This document shows, piece by piece, positions 28,701 through 41,627 of a stretch of 64,000 nt of DNA. Position numbers and translations under genes: made by a program. This stretch comes from an uncultured delta proteobacterium (GTDB lineage: Bacteria > Desulfobacterota > Binatia > DP-6), in contig CAWFFN010000009.1 of the NCBI GenBank assembly GCA_963815115.1, positions 512,001-576,000 on the forward strand, in the 5' to 3' direction. Position 1 is the stretch's first letter. Every line of letters begins with the position of its first letter. The notes below the pieces were generated by a model. It was given only the letters and a program-made list of their open reading frames with translations. It made no database searches and was not told the origin of the DNA.

Positions 28701-31700
28701 TTGGCCGAGCTCGACGCCCCCGACGTCCAGAGCATCCGATCTGCAAAGGGACCGACGGACCCCGCGCGGATTGAATGTGCGCGATACTGGGCGTTCATCT
28801 CCTATAGCCATCAAGATCGTGCGTGGGCAGCCTGGCTCCATAAGGCGCTTGAGATCTACCATATTCCGCGGCGACTGAGGGGACGTGTATCCGTCATCGG
28901 GACGGTACCACGTAAGCTGTTCCCGATCTTCCGTGACCGTGAGGAGCTATCTACATCTTCCGACCTCGGCGCCAGTATCAAGGATGCCCTCGCGGACTCG
29001 CGGTATCTGATCGTCGTCTGCTCGCCCGACGCCGTACGATCGAAATGGGTCAACGAGGAGATTCGGCAATTCAAGGCCCTGGGCCGCGAGGATCGCGTTC
29101 GCTGTCTCATCGTCCGCGGCGAACCCGGCGGTGCGAACGGGGCGGCGGAGGGCGAGTGCTTTCCGGAAGCGCTCCGTCATCGCGTCGCTACCGACGGTTC
29201 CGTAACCGGTGAGCAGATCGAGCCGATCGCGGCCGACGTTCGTCCCAGCAAGGACGGGAAGAGTGACGCACGACTCAAATTGATCGCCGGCATGATCGGG
29301 GTGGAGTTCGATGAACTCCGGGCACGCGAGCGACAACGGCGGAACCGCCGACGACTCGGGGTTGCCGCGACCGCGATCGTCGTGCTGGGGGCCATTGCGG
29401 GCGTCTACCTCTACCAGGAACGTGCAAAGGAACGGCTCGCAAATGAATCCCGAATCGAACAGCTCCAAGAGGCGGGGCGCAGCGAGTACCTCGCGGGTCT
29501 TCCCGGACGCGCCGCCGTCTACCTGACCCATGCATACGGTCGAGGCGACGATCGGCCTTCCCTCCGCTACCTGCTTGGTCGCTCGATGGCCTCGCTCGAG
29601 GGCCAAGCGATCCAGCTCGAAGCGCATACCGCGAAGGTGTCTGTCGTCGCGTTCTCCCCGGACGGAAAGCACCTCGTCTCCGCAGGTGAGGACGGCCTCG
29701 CGAAGGTCTGGGACGTCAACGACACCACCGCCAGCCTCGCGCGCGTTTTGCAGTCTTCGCGCCGCGATGGCGGATCGGCGGCGAGCATCGGTGCGGCGGC
29801 GTTCTCGCACGATGGCTCGCTGCTGGTGACTGGCGGAAGCGGGCGAACCACCGTCTGGAGCGTCGCGCGGGGAGAGTCCGTCGCCAGCGGCCCGCTCGGC
29901 GACTATGTGCACGAGGTGGAATTCAGCCGGGACGATTCGCGAGTCCTCGCTGCAGCTCTCGGAGGAAGCATTACGATCTTCGATGCAACGACGGGATTCC
30001 GGATCGCCGACATCAGCGGCCATCGTGCTCCGGTGGTCGCCGCGCACGCCACGTTCAGCCCCGATGGGAATCTCGTGCTCGCGGGCGGTGGAGACGGGAC
30101 CGTACGGCTCTGGGATGCCGGCCATGACGACCGAGAGGTCCGACGATTGTGGACCGACGCCGGCGAGATCGTGGGCGTGGCCTGGAGTGCCGACGGAACG
30201 CGCGCGGCAGCCCTGAGTCAGTCCCGCACCGTCAAGCTCTGGGAGACGGGAGCATGGCGAGAACTCGGATCCGCGCAGGCGCGAAGTCTCTCCGTCGACG
30301 GGGTGGCGCTCTCGCCCACGGCCGCTCGGCTGCTCATCGTTGGCACCGTTCCCGATCTCGTCGAGCTGACGACTAGGCAACCCGCGCCATCGCTCGGCGA
30401 TCAGCACTCGGGCGATGTCAATACGGCGACGTTCGGCCTGAGCGGCGACATCGTTGCGACCGCGTCGAGCCACGGACAGGTGGCCGTCTGGGACGCCGCC
30501 ACGGGCGCGCGGCTGGCTCTCTTCTCGGGGTCGCGCGTGCGCCTGAAGACCGTCGCAGTCGGTGGTGATGGCGATCGCTGGGTCGCCACGGGCGATGACG
30601 AAGGCATCGTTCGCCTCTGGGACTGGAAGGCAACGAACCAGGGCACGCGTGACTACTCCGGGAAGGACGACACCGTCCATGCCCGAGCGGTCCCGGACGA
30701 CGACGGGTTCGTCGGCACCTTCTGTGCAAGCGGAACCCCGCTCGCACGGTCGAGCGGCGGTGTCGTGGAGATCCGCGACACGGAGAGCGCACGGTTGCTG
30801 TCCTCGTTCGAACTCGGCAATACCGTCACCGTCTTCTCCGGAGCATTCAGCCCGGACTGTCGCTCGTTCGCGCTCGCGACGAACGGCCCCCGCGCGGCGG
30901 TCTTCGAGGTCGCCACCGGCACTCCTCTCTTCGGGCTCGATCCGGCCGAAACCCCGGACCAGTGGTCGACGGAGGCATACTCCGACACCTATCAGCATCC
31001 GCAGCACGCACCGACGGTGGCCTGGAGTCCCGCCGGGCACTTGGTAGCCGCGGCGCTTCGTACACATGCCGTCGAGCTCTGGAACGTCAGCACACACCTT
31101 CGCGAGCGAACGCTCCAGCACGCAGGCGTCGTGTCTTACGTGGCATTCAGCAAGAGCGGGAAGAGGCTGCTCGGCTTCGGCCCAGACAAGCCGGTGGTCT
31201 CGGTGTGGGAGGTCGATGGTCCCCGAGTTGCCGAGCTCGGGGCGTCCCGGGCACGCGTGGACGGGGCAGCTTTGTCGACGACGACCGCATCGTCGTCGTG
31301 CGTGACGACGGGTCCGGTGAGCTCTGGGACGTCGCATCCCGCACGCGCGTCGCGGAGCTCAAGGGCCATGACAAGCGCATCAACAGCGTGTGGGTGTCCG
31401 GAGATGGGCGGTGGATCGTCACCGCCAGCGACGACGAGACCGGAAGTGTCTGGGATGCGCGCACGGGGGCCCGCACCGTCGTTCTCGAACGTCCTGCCGT
31501 TCAAGCCGCCGAGGGCGGTGTCGCCTTGTACTCAGCAATCTTCAGTCCGGACGGCGAGCGCATCGCAACCGCGAGCGCAGATCGCAAGGTGAGGATCTGG
31601 GACGCGCGGAGCGGCACGATGCTCGATGAGTTCAGGCCGTTCCGCGAGCAGAACCCGATCCAGCACCTGGCCTTCGACCCCGAGGGAAGACGGTTGCTGA

Positions 31701-32797
31701 TCACGGGTGGGTACGTGCCGGCTACCCTGCGCGACCTGGGACTCGAGACACGGAGCGCGCCGGTCGTTGCCGGCATCGTGGCGGCGCGCGTTCCGCTCGA
31801 GCTACGTGACATGGATCTCGTCTCGACGGCGCCCACGACCGCGCCGGCACCGGCACCGCCACCCGGGACGCCGCCGTCGAACCAGGTCTCGACCGCGAAG
31901 GTCATCGACTGGTCGGGTGCCCCGACGACACCGGCGTTGGACCTACACGAAGATGGCGCCGCGGGGCTCGCGTTCAGCCCGGAGGGAGCGCGGGTAGCGA
32001 TCGTGGGCGAGCGCGGAGGAGCGATCTACGACGCAAGTGGTGGACAATCGACCGTGCGTCTCGAGGGCGCCAAGGAACTCACTCAGGTCCTCTTTGCTTC
32101 CGACGGACAACAAGTCGTTACGGTGGGGAGCGGAGATGGTGGAGAGCTTGTCGTCATGTGGGACGCGTCGAACGGTCATCGCTTGCGCGCCATCGACGCA
32201 GGACGCTTCGTCCGGACAATCGCCGTCGCCCGCGATGGGAAGTTCCTCTTCACGGCCGGCGGTGAGGGACGACTCTTCGATCTTCAGGCCGGGAGGCTCC
32301 TCGACAGCCTCCCGATCTGCGTGTATGCGGAGAGCGCCGTGTCGCCTGACGGCCGCTTCGCGGCGTGTCGCGACAACGATCAAGCGGTTGGCATCTGGAG
32401 CTTCAGCACCGGCGATCGAGTGGCGCGCACCGGACGACACGATTCCCCCATCAATACCGTCGCGTTCGACCCGCTCGGAGGACGTATCATGACGGCGAGC
32501 AGCGATCACAGTGCACGAGTGTGGAACGCCGTCACGGGCGAAGAGATGGTCCGCTTCTCCGACCACGGCAACCAGGTCGAAGCGGCTTACTTCACACCGG
32601 ACGGCCATGATGCGGTCAGCACCGGAATGGACGGTAAGGTGCGGATCTGGAGCGCTGAGTCCGGGAAGACTGTCGCGACGCTGCCCTTGGAAGGATGGGG
32701 TCGGGCCCTCGCAATTCGCTCCGATGGCGGAGCGATTGGGGCCGTGGATTGGGGCGGTGATGTCCGAGTCTGGCGTCCGGCTGCATCGGGAGGATAG
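28701..32797 (+). pseudogene. TIR domain - TM helix - WD40 repeat protein, split by a 1-nt frameshift near 31271
   Basis: YWAFISYSH, FRDREEL, SKWVNEEI; TM LGVAATAIVVLGAIAGVYLY; many WD repeats continuing in ORF 30962..32797. AAGGAGG RBS before TTG. Confidence 0.82.
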
Positions 32798-33127
32798 CGA
32801 AGCGTCTCTGCCGCAAGGAAACCCGTGTGCCCGGCACAACCGGAACGGAGCGTTCCGAACGCCGTCGTGGTGCTGTGTAGCCTCATGGCCGCTCATGGTG
32901 GTCATTCGGAGCATCCTGATTGCGTTTCTGTGCTTCAGGTGATGCAGCATCGCCAGCGGCCTTGGCCTCGAGGTCCTGGGGTCATGAATACCGCCGTGCC
33001 CTTGACCCGCAGTAGGGGGGGGCTTCAGGCCCGCATACAGGTCGGCAGGCAAAACTTGGTCAGCTTGCGGCAGCGCCTGACGCGGCCCACCGTTGACTTG
33101 CGCCGACCGCCAGCGTAGCGCCGATGC

Positions 33128-36100
33128 ATGCGCTGCGTCACCTGCGGCGTCGATCTCATCGCCGGGAAGCAATTCTGTCACGCGTGCGGCAGCCGGGTGG
33201 GCGCGCGCTGCCGCGGTTGTGGGGCGACGCTCGATCCGAGCTTTCACTTCTGCCCCGATTGTGGCCTGAAGCTCGAAGGCGAGGACGACACCCTTCCGCC
33301 CCCGACGGTCGATCCGCTCGCGCGCCTCCTCGCGCGCCGCGGCGCCGGCGGCGTTCCGCAGGCCGTGGCGAGCCTCGCGCCGGTTGCGGGCGAGCGCAAG
33401 GTGGTCACCGTCCTGTTCTGCGATGTCGTCGGCTCGGTCGCCATCGCCGAGCGTCTCGATCCCGAGGAGTACCACGACCTGCTCGAGGAATATCTCGACG
33501 TCGCCTTCCCGGAGATCTACCGGCTCGAAGGCGTGGTGAACCAGCTCGCGGGCGACGGCTTGATGGCGCTGTTCGGCGCGCCGGTGGCGCACGAGGATGC
33601 CCCCCAGCGGGCCGTGCGCGCGGCGCTCGCCATCCGGGATGCTCTCGAGCCAGTGAGCGCACGCCTGCAGACCCGGCACGGCGTCCCGCTGCAGATCCGC
33701 ATCGGCATCAACACCGGCCCCGTGGTCGTCGGCCCCGTCGGCAACGACCGCAAGATGGACTACGCGGCGATCGGCGACACCACCAACCTCGCCTCCCGGT
33801 TGCAGACCCTGGCGCAGCCCGGCGCGATCCTGATCAGCGAGTCCACCCAGCGCCTGGTGCGGGGCTTCTTCGCGGTCGAGTCGGTGGGTCCTCTCGGCAT
33901 CCGCGGCAAGAGCGAGCCGGTCACGGCCTACGCCGTGCACGACTGGCACGGCGGCAAGACCAGGATGCTCATCAACGAGGAGCGCGGGCTCACGCCGTTC
34001 GTCGGCCGGGAGGGCGAGCTGTCGCGGCTGGTCGAGGCGTTCGCGCGCCTCGCCGACGGACAGACGCAGGCGGTGGCCGTGGTCGGTGACGCGGGCATCG
34101 GCAAGTCGCGCCTGCTCTATGAGTTCCGTCACCGCCTCGCGAGCGTGGACGTGGCCTTCTTCGAGGGGCGTTGCGCCTCGATGATGCAGGCGCTGCCCTA
34201 TCACCCGTTCATGACCATGTTCGGCCGCTACTTCGACCTCGACTGGGACGAGCCGATCGAGGAGGCCTGCGCCAAGGTGGTCGCGAAGTTCGGCGGGACG
34301 TACGAGGACGTCGAGCGCACGTATCCCGTCCTCTGCCGGTTCCTCTCGCTGCCGATCGAGTCGCTCGCCGACCAGCCCGCCGAGGAGCTCAGGCGCGAGA
34401 CCTTCGACGCCCTGGCGCGGCTGCTGATCGCCGAGAGCGAGCTGCGGCCCGTGGTGATGATCCTCGAGGACCTGCACTGGATCGACGATCCGTCCCGCGA
34501 CCTGCTCGACGACCTGGTGCGCCGGATCGAGGGTGCCCCCGTGCTCATCGTGGTCACCCACCGCCCCGACGCGGCCATCCCGTGGCGGGTGCCGACGGCC
34601 CTCACCCAGATCGCGCTGCGCCCGCTCGCGGAGTCGGAGTCGGCCGCCGTCGTGCGCTCGGTCGCCGGCAGTCCCCTGCCGCGCGACCTGGAGCGGGTCG
34701 TGGTGGCGAAAGCCGGCGGCAGCCCGTTCTTCGCCGAGGAGCTGGTCCGGGGTCTGCTCGAGGAAGGCCACCTCGTGCGCGATGCCTCGGGCGCGCTCGC
34801 GCTCAGCCGTCTGCTCGCCGACCTCCCGATTCCCGGGACGGTGCAGGAGGTGATCGCTGCCCGGCTCGACGCCCTCGGCCCGCAGGCGAAGCGCGTCCTG
34901 CAGGTGGCGGCGGTGCTCGGCCGTCAGTTCCGCCGCCGGCAGCTCGAGGCGGTGCTGGCGGACGAGGGCATCGAGGCCGAGCCCGTGCTGGCGGAGCTCG
35001 AACGCCGCGGGCTCGTGCATCGCAAGACGGCGCTCTCGAGCGACGAGTTCCGCTTCGGCGAGAGCCTCACGCAGGAGGTGGCCTACGAGGGGCTGCTGCT
35101 GAAGCAACGGCGGCAGCTGCACGAGCGCATCGGAGCGTTGATCGAGGCCGACGGTTCCGAACGCGGACCGGGACACGCCGCGCTGCTCGCTCACCACTAC
35201 GTCCACAGCGACAACCAGGCGAAGGCGCTCGACGCCCTGCTGCAGGCGGCGCGCGAGGCCGCGCAGGTGCCATCCTACCGGGTCGCGGGGGAGCAGTATC
35301 GCCAGGCCTGGCGGCTGGCCGAGTCGCTGCTCGGCGAGGGAGAGGGTGGCAGCCGTCATCGTGCCGCTCTCGAAGCGACGCTCGGCGTGAGTCGCCTCGC
35401 GGTCTACTTCGGCGCCCAGGACGTCGACGAGGCGGAGCGCGCCGCCGCGCGCGGCCGCGAGCTGGCCGAGCTGCTGGGCGATCGTGAAGCCCTCGCCACG
35501 CTCCGGTACTATCAGGGTGTCCTCATCATGATGCGCGGCGAGGCCGACTTCGCTGCCGGCCTCGCACTCGCGGAGGAGGGCGTGGCGCTGGCGAAGGCGT
35601 CCGGGCTCGACGCGCTGGCGCGCGGACTCACGCGCGCACTCGCCACCAGCTATGCCGGCGACGGCCGCTTCGCGCAGGCCCGGGCGTGCATCGAGGGCGT
35701 GCTCGCCGACATCGAGCGCGCGGGTCCCGGCGAACGCGCCAGCGACGTCTACCTGGGCACACGCTGGGCACGGGATCTCGTGCTGTACTCCCAGGACGAG
35801 TACGAGCAGGTTCTGGAGAGCGCCACCGAGTCCTTCGCCCTCGCCGAGAAGGCCGGCAACTTCACCATGCGGAGCGCCCTCGCCACACTCCTGGCTCCCA
35901 TTCACTACATGCGCGGGGAGTACCGCGAGACGAAGCGCTGGGCCGACCTCGCCCTCGAGATCGGGGAGCGCATCGCGAACACCAACGTGTACGCTGCGGG
36001 GGCCGCGCTGGCGCTGGCCTCGCGCATCCATCTGAGGGAGCCCGTCGATCCCGTGCTCTACGCCGAGCGCATCGAGATCGGCCTGGGCGCGGGCGGCCTG

Positions 36101-36511
36101 ATGCAGCTCAGCACGCGATTCGTCGGCGAGGCTCTGCTCGCAGCAGGTGACGTCGCACGCGCCGACCGCCTCACCGGCGTCCTGGTAGCCCGCACCGGTG
36201 GCCGCTTCCGGCAGGCCCTCGTGCTGGTGTCACGGGCCGACGTCCTCGCGCGTCTCGGCAGATTCGAGGAGGCCCGCCGGTGCTACGTCGAGGCGATCGC
36301 GATCGCGGAGGTGATCGGTTCGCGCTCGACGCTCGCGGTCGCATGGCTGGGGCACGCCGAGCTCGCCGGGTCGCAGGGGCTCGAGGCCGTGGGGATCGAA
36401 CGCGCCGCCGCGCTGTGTGCCGAGCTCGGGATCCGGCACTACCTGCCGCGGCTCGAGCGCCTGCGTCGCGCGGTCGGCGGCGCCGCCGCGGCCGGCTCGT
36501 CCGACGCGTAG
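33128..36511 (+). CDS. Double zinc ribbon - class III adenylate/guanylate cyclase - STAND ATPase - TPR-like protein
   Basis: Four CxxC pairs, ERKVVTVLFCDVVGS, GDGLMALFGAP, GDTTNLASRL, GDAGIGKSRL and LEDLHWID. Confidence 0.92.
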   Translation: MRCVTCGVDLIAGKQFCHACGSRVGARCRGCGATLDPSFHFCPDCGLKLEGEDDTLPPPTVDPLARLLARRGAGGVPQAVASLAPVAGERKVVTVLFCDVVGSVAIAERLDPEEYHDLLEEYLDVAFPEIYRLEGVVNQLAGDGLMALFGAPVAHEDAPQRAVRAALAIRDALEPVSARLQTRHGVPLQIRIGINTGPVVVGPVGNDRKMDYAAIGDTTNLASRLQTLAQPGAILISESTQRLVRGFFAVESVGPLGIRGKSEPVTAYAVHDWHGGKTRMLINEERGLTPFVGREGELSRLVEAFARLADGQTQAVAVVGDAGIGKSRLLYEFRHRLASVDVAFFEGRCASMMQALPYHPFMTMFGRYFDLDWDEPIEEACAKVVAKFGGTYEDVERTYPVLCRFLSLPIESLADQPAEELRRETFDALARLLIAESELRPVVMILEDLHWIDDPSRDLLDDLVRRIEGAPVLIVVTHRPDAAIPWRVPTALTQIALRPLAESESAAVVRSVAGSPLPRDLERVVVAKAGGSPFFAEELVRGLLEEGHLVRDASGALALSRLLADLPIPGTVQEVIAARLDALGPQAKRVLQVAAVLGRQFRRRQLEAVLADEGIEAEPVLAELERRGLVHRKTALSSDEFRFGESLTQEVAYEGLLLKQRRQLHERIGALIEADGSERGPGHAALLAHHYVHSDNQAKALDALLQAAREAAQVPSYRVAGEQYRQAWRLAESLLGEGEGGSRHRAALEATLGVSRLAVYFGAQDVDEAERAAARGRELAELLGDREALATLRYYQGVLIMMRGEADFAAGLALAEEGVALAKASGLDALARGLTRALATSYAGDGRFAQARACIEGVLADIERAGPGERASDVYLGTRWARDLVLYSQDEYEQVLESATESFALAEKAGNFTMRSALATLLAPIHYMRGEYRETKRWADLALEIGERIANTNVYAAGAALALASRIHLREPVDPVLYAERIEIGLGAGGLMQLSTRFVGEALLAAGDVARADRLTGVLVARTGGRFRQALVLVSRADVLARLGRFEEARRCYVEAIAIAEVIGSRSTLAVAWLGHAELAGSQGLEAVGIERAAALCAELGIRHYLPRLERLRRAVGGAAAAGSSDA

Positions 36512-36543
36512 ACCCCGGTCGCGCCGCGGCCGATAATGAGGCC

Positions 36544-38841
36544 GTGGGCGAGCGCGGCTTCATCCTGACACCGACCTACCGCATCCAGGGCGGCCGGCCG
36601 GCGGTGCACCTGCACGCGGTGCTCGAGAGCGGCGAGCCCGCTCTGGTGATCGACGATCGGCTCGCTCCCTACTTCTTCGTCTCCACGCGAGACGCCCCGA
36701 TGGTACGCGGTGGGACCGTCACGGCCACCGCGTTGCGCACCTTCGCCGGCGAGCCCGTCTCACGGGTCGAGGTCGCGCTCCCGGGCGACGTTCCGCCGCT
36801 GCGCCGTCGCCTCGCCGACGCCGGCGTGACCTGCTTCGAGGCCGACCTCCGCTTCGCCTATCGCTGGCTGATCGACCACGACCTGCGCGGCTCCTTCGTC
36901 GTCGATGGTCCGTTCGAGCGCCGTCCCGGGGTCGGCCGCGTCTACCACGATCCCGCGATCGCGCCCGCCGCATGGACGCCGGCGCTTCGCGTGCTCTCGC
37001 TCGACATCGAGACCAGCCCGGACGCCGCCCGGCTCCTGTCCATCGCCGTGGCCGGCGCCGGGGGCGAGCGCGTCTGGATGGTGCACCGGCACGCGGTCGA
37101 GGGCGCCGAGGTCGTCGCCGACGAGCGCCAGCTCCTCGAGCGCTTCCTGGCGCACGTACGGACGGCCGACCCGGACGTGCTGACCGGCTGGAACGTGTGC
37201 GACTTCGATCTCGCGGTGCTCCTCGCCGCCAGCCGGCGGGCGCGCCTGCGCTGCACGCTCGGGCGAACGGACGACGAGCTCGAGCTCCAGCGCGACCAGA
37301 ACTTCACGCGCGAATCGCGCGCCGTGCTGACGGGCCGGGTCGTGCTCGATGGCCTGGCGCTCATGCGGAGCGCGTGGATCCGGCTCGACGACTACCGCCT
37401 GGAGACGGCGGCGCGGACGCTGCTCGGCAAGGGCAAGCTCATCGCCGGCGAGCACCGCGGGGCGGAGATCGAGGCCGCCTATCACCACGACCCCGCGCGC
37501 CTCGCGGCGTACAATCTGGAGGACGCCCGGCTGGTCCTCGAGCTGCTCGCCCGCACCGGCCTGATCGAGCTGACGGTGGGCCGGAGCCTCGTCACCGGGA
37601 TGCAGCTCGATCGCGTGAGCGCCCAGATCGCGGCCGTGGACTCGCTCTACCTGCGCGCCCTGCGCGCGCGCGGGCGCGTCGCCCCGTCGGTGGAGTCGGC
37701 GCGCGACGGCGAGGGGGGGAGCATCACCGGCGGGCTGGTCCTCGAGTCGCGTCCGGGACTGTACCGCAACATCGCCGTCTTCGACTTCAAGAGCCTGTAC
37801 CCGAGCCTGATCCGGACGTTCAACATCGATCCGCTCACCCACGTGCCGGCGCCCGCGGTGGATGCGGCGGTCATCCGTACCCCGGGCGGCGCCGCCTTCC
37901 GCCGCGACGAGCCCGGCGTGCTGCCGGCGCTGGTGGCGCGGCTCTGGGACGAGCGCGGCCGGGCGCGTGCCGCCGGCGACGCAACCGCCGCCCAAGCGAT
38001 CAAGATACTCATGAACTCCCTCTTCGGCGTCCTCGGCTCGCCGGCCTCGCGGCTCTTCTCGCCGGCCGTTGCGAACGCGATCACCCTCGCGGGCCAGCAC
38101 GTGATCCGGCGCGCGGCACGGTCCGTCGAGCGCCGCGGCCTGCGCGTGATCTACGGCGACACGGACTCGGTCTTCATCGATCTCGACGAGCCGGACGCGA
38201 TCCGTGCGACCGCGCGCGCCGGGGAGCTGCGTGACGCGGTCGGCGCCGAGGTGGCCACAGAGCTCGCGAGCGAGTTCGGCTGCGAGAGCCATCTCGAGCT
38301 CGAATTCGAGAAGGTCTACACGCGCTTCCTCCTTCCCGAGGTCCGCGGCGGCGCCGCGGGCAGCAAGAAGCGCTACGCCGGCCTCGTCGACGGCAAGCTC
38401 GAGATCGTCGGGCTCGAAGCCGTCCGCCGCGACTGGAGCCAGGTCGCGCGCCGCTTCCAGCGCGAGCTGCTCGACCTCGTCCTGCGCGATCGGCCGGTGA
38501 CGGACTTCGTCCGCGAATTCGTCGTCGAGCTGCGCGCCGGGCGGTTCGACGGCCAGCTCGTCTATCGCAAGACCGTGCGCAAGCCGATCGAGTCCTATAC
38601 CCGCACGACGCCCGCGCACGTGAAGGCGGCCCGCAAGCAGGGGTCGGGGGCCGGTCGCGTGGTGAGCTACGTGGTGACGCGCGCCGGACCGGAGCCGGTG
38701 GGTCACACGACGGCCGCTCCGGACCGGGACCACTACGTCATCCAGCAGCTGAAGCCGCTCGCCGACGCGATCCTTCGCTTCGTGCCAGGCCCGGATTTCG
38801 ACGACCTGTCGGGCGAGCGCAAGCAGCTGTCGTTGTTCTAG
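36544..38841 (+). CDS. polB: DNA polymerase II (family B)
   Basis: Motifs SLDIET, FDFKSLYPS, KILMNS, YGDTDS and SKKRYAG; C-terminal clamp-binding motif QLSLF. Confidence 0.92.
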   Translation: MGERGFILTPTYRIQGGRPAVHLHAVLESGEPALVIDDRLAPYFFVSTRDAPMVRGGTVTATALRTFAGEPVSRVEVALPGDVPPLRRRLADAGVTCFEADLRFAYRWLIDHDLRGSFVVDGPFERRPGVGRVYHDPAIAPAAWTPALRVLSLDIETSPDAARLLSIAVAGAGGERVWMVHRHAVEGAEVVADERQLLERFLAHVRTADPDVLTGWNVCDFDLAVLLAASRRARLRCTLGRTDDELELQRDQNFTRESRAVLTGRVVLDGLALMRSAWIRLDDYRLETAARTLLGKGKLIAGEHRGAEIEAAYHHDPARLAAYNLEDARLVLELLARTGLIELTVGRSLVTGMQLDRVSAQIAAVDSLYLRALRARGRVAPSVESARDGEGGSITGGLVLESRPGLYRNIAVFDFKSLYPSLIRTFNIDPLTHVPAPAVDAAVIRTPGGAAFRRDEPGVLPALVARLWDERGRARAAGDATAAQAIKILMNSLFGVLGSPASRLFSPAVANAITLAGQHVIRRAARSVERRGLRVIYGDTDSVFIDLDEPDAIRATARAGELRDAVGAEVATELASEFGCESHLELEFEKVYTRFLLPEVRGGAAGSKKRYAGLVDGKLEIVGLEAVRRDWSQVARRFQRELLDLVLRDRPVTDFVREFVVELRAGRFDGQLVYRKTVRKPIESYTRTTPAHVKAARKQGSGAGRVVSYVVTRAGPEPVGHTTAAPDRDHYVIQQLKPLADAILRFVPGPDFDDLSGERKQLSLF

Positions 38842-38866
38842 CGCGAGCGGTTCGGTGGCACCGTAG

Positions 38867-39265
38867 TCACGGCAGCATCCGGAAGCCGCAGGCGACGAAA
38901 TCGAGATCGAAGGCGAAGGCGCCGTCCAGCTTGAGGCGCCGCATGACCTCGAAGCTCGCGCAGTCCGTCAGGCTGAGACGATGGTCGTGGAACCGCATCA
39001 GCTGCTCGAGCGCGGCATCGAGGATGTCGGCGTCCGCGAGCAGGAGCTCGTAGCGGCGGCTACGCAGCAGCTCACGCGCCACGGCGACCGCGCGCTCCGC
39101 GCCCGCGAGCGCGCGGAGACGCGTCGCCACCTCCGCCAGGATGAGCTCGGTCCACACGAAGCGTACCTCGGGATGGCTTCGGAGGAATTTCGCGGCGCGG
39201 GCGTGGTTGCGATCGTCGCGCAGGGTCAGTGCGAGGATGGCGCTCGTGTCCACCAGGAGCTTCAC
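38867..39265 (-). CDS. PIN-domain (VapC-like) toxin
   Basis: LLVDTS, ILAE, LSLTDC.SF and AFAFD..F...GF; GTG start with GGAGG RBS. Confidence 0.88.
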   Translation of the reverse strand: MKLLVDTSAILALTLRDDRNHARAAKFLRSHPEVRFVWTELILAEVATRLRALAGAERAVAVARELLRSRRYELLLADADILDAALEQLMRFHDHRLSLTDCASFEVMRRLKLDGAFAFDLDFVACGFRMLP

Positions 39266-39530
39266 CACCGTCCTCCTTCGGCCATCCATAGAGGTAGTGA
39301 TCGTGGTTGACGGATTCGTCGCCCAGGGATCCCGAAAGGCTGCCGATGATCGCGTCCGCCGGATCGTCACCGAACGTCGGCGCCGTTCCTCCACCGCCCC
39401 TCCCGAGATACTGATCGACGGCTTCACGGACCAGACACGCCAACGACGTCCCGCGGCGCCGGGCCTGGTGGCGTAGCTCTCCGTGGATCTCCTCGGGGAG
39501 GCGCAAAAGGGTTGCCTTGAGACGGGCCAC
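39072..39530 (-). CDS. RHH/CopG-type antitoxin (true end probably ~39262; read-through likely caused by a 1-nt indel)
   Basis: TLLRLPEE....LR..ARRRGTSLA.LVREAVDQYL and ESVNHDHYLYG. Confidence 0.75.
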   Translation of the reverse strand: MARLKATLLRLPEEIHGELRHQARRRGTSLACLVREAVDQYLGRGGGGTAPTFGDDPADAIIGSLSGSLGDESVNHDHYLYGWPKEDGGEAPGGHERHPRTDPARRSQPRPRREIPPKPSRGTLRVDRAHPGGGGDASPRARGRGARGRRGA

Positions 39531-39540
39531 TATCGATGAC

Positions 39541-39558
39541 GCGATAGCACGATATCGC
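39541..39558. promoter_or_regulatory. Putative TA autoregulation operator
   Basis: Inverted repeat GCGATA-N6-TATCGC ~10 bp upstream of the antitoxin start. Confidence 0.4.
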
Positions 39559-39629
39559 ATCACCTGCAATTCGGGGCACCGTCGGGCCCGGCGGCGCATA
39601 CCGCCGGACCCGACGCCGGGACACGCCGG

Positions 39630-41042
<1,413 letters not shown>

Positions 41043-41136
41043 CGAGGGATCTCCTCTGTCGAGAAGGATGGTGGCCGATCGGCCGAGCGCGCGGGGGCGT
41101 TCGGCACGGGAGGGCCGGCGAGACCACTCGAGGCGA

Positions 41137-41595
41137 CTAGGAGCGGCGGCCGGCGGCGTCGATCATGGACGCCGGCGGTGCGTGTGCGTCGTGAAAGAGG
41201 GCGCCGGATCCCGAGACGATCCGCTGGCCTTCCGCCACCGAGATGGAGCGGGGCCGGCTGGAGCGGGCTCGGAATGAATCCAGGACGACCCGCGAGTCGG
41301 GCGCGCGCCTCCGCTCTCGCCCGTCTTGATGCTGGGCGAGAATCGCGTCGCCGCCCGTCGGACCGCGGGCGTTCGTCGCGCTGTCCGGGGTGCCGTGGCC
41401 CGGCGCGGGGATCGAGGACTGCCGCGCGCCGTCCCGGCTCCGGGTAGTCGAGGCGGGTCGGGCCGCACGCATCCCGATGTCGCGGGTGATCGACGCGTGC
41501 ACCAGCGCCTGCGCGGGCCGCGCGGAGGGGAGTCCTGCCGCGACGGCGAGCGCGCTCGCAACCAGGGTCCAGCGGGTGAGGCGGTGGCGTTCCAT
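41137..41595 (-). CDS. Hypothetical secreted, probably disordered protein
   Basis: Signal-peptide-like N-terminus (..AQA); lies between a sigma54 box and amtB. Confidence 0.45.
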   Translation of the reverse strand: MERHRLTRWTLVASALAVAAGLPSARPAQALVHASITRDIGMRAARPASTTRSRDGARQSSIPAPGHGTPDSATNARGPTGGDAILAQHQDGRERRRAPDSRVVLDSFRARSSRPRSISVAEGQRIVSGSGALFHDAHAPPASMIDAAGRRS

Positions 41596-41627
41596 GCGAC
41601 GACGGCAGGGTGGCCGCACACGTGTCG

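Noticed and set aside
36544-38841. Family B polymerase as a pipolin/casposon or phage marker
   Set aside because: Typical cellular Pol II with clamp motif and host-like codon usage; no integrase or cas1.
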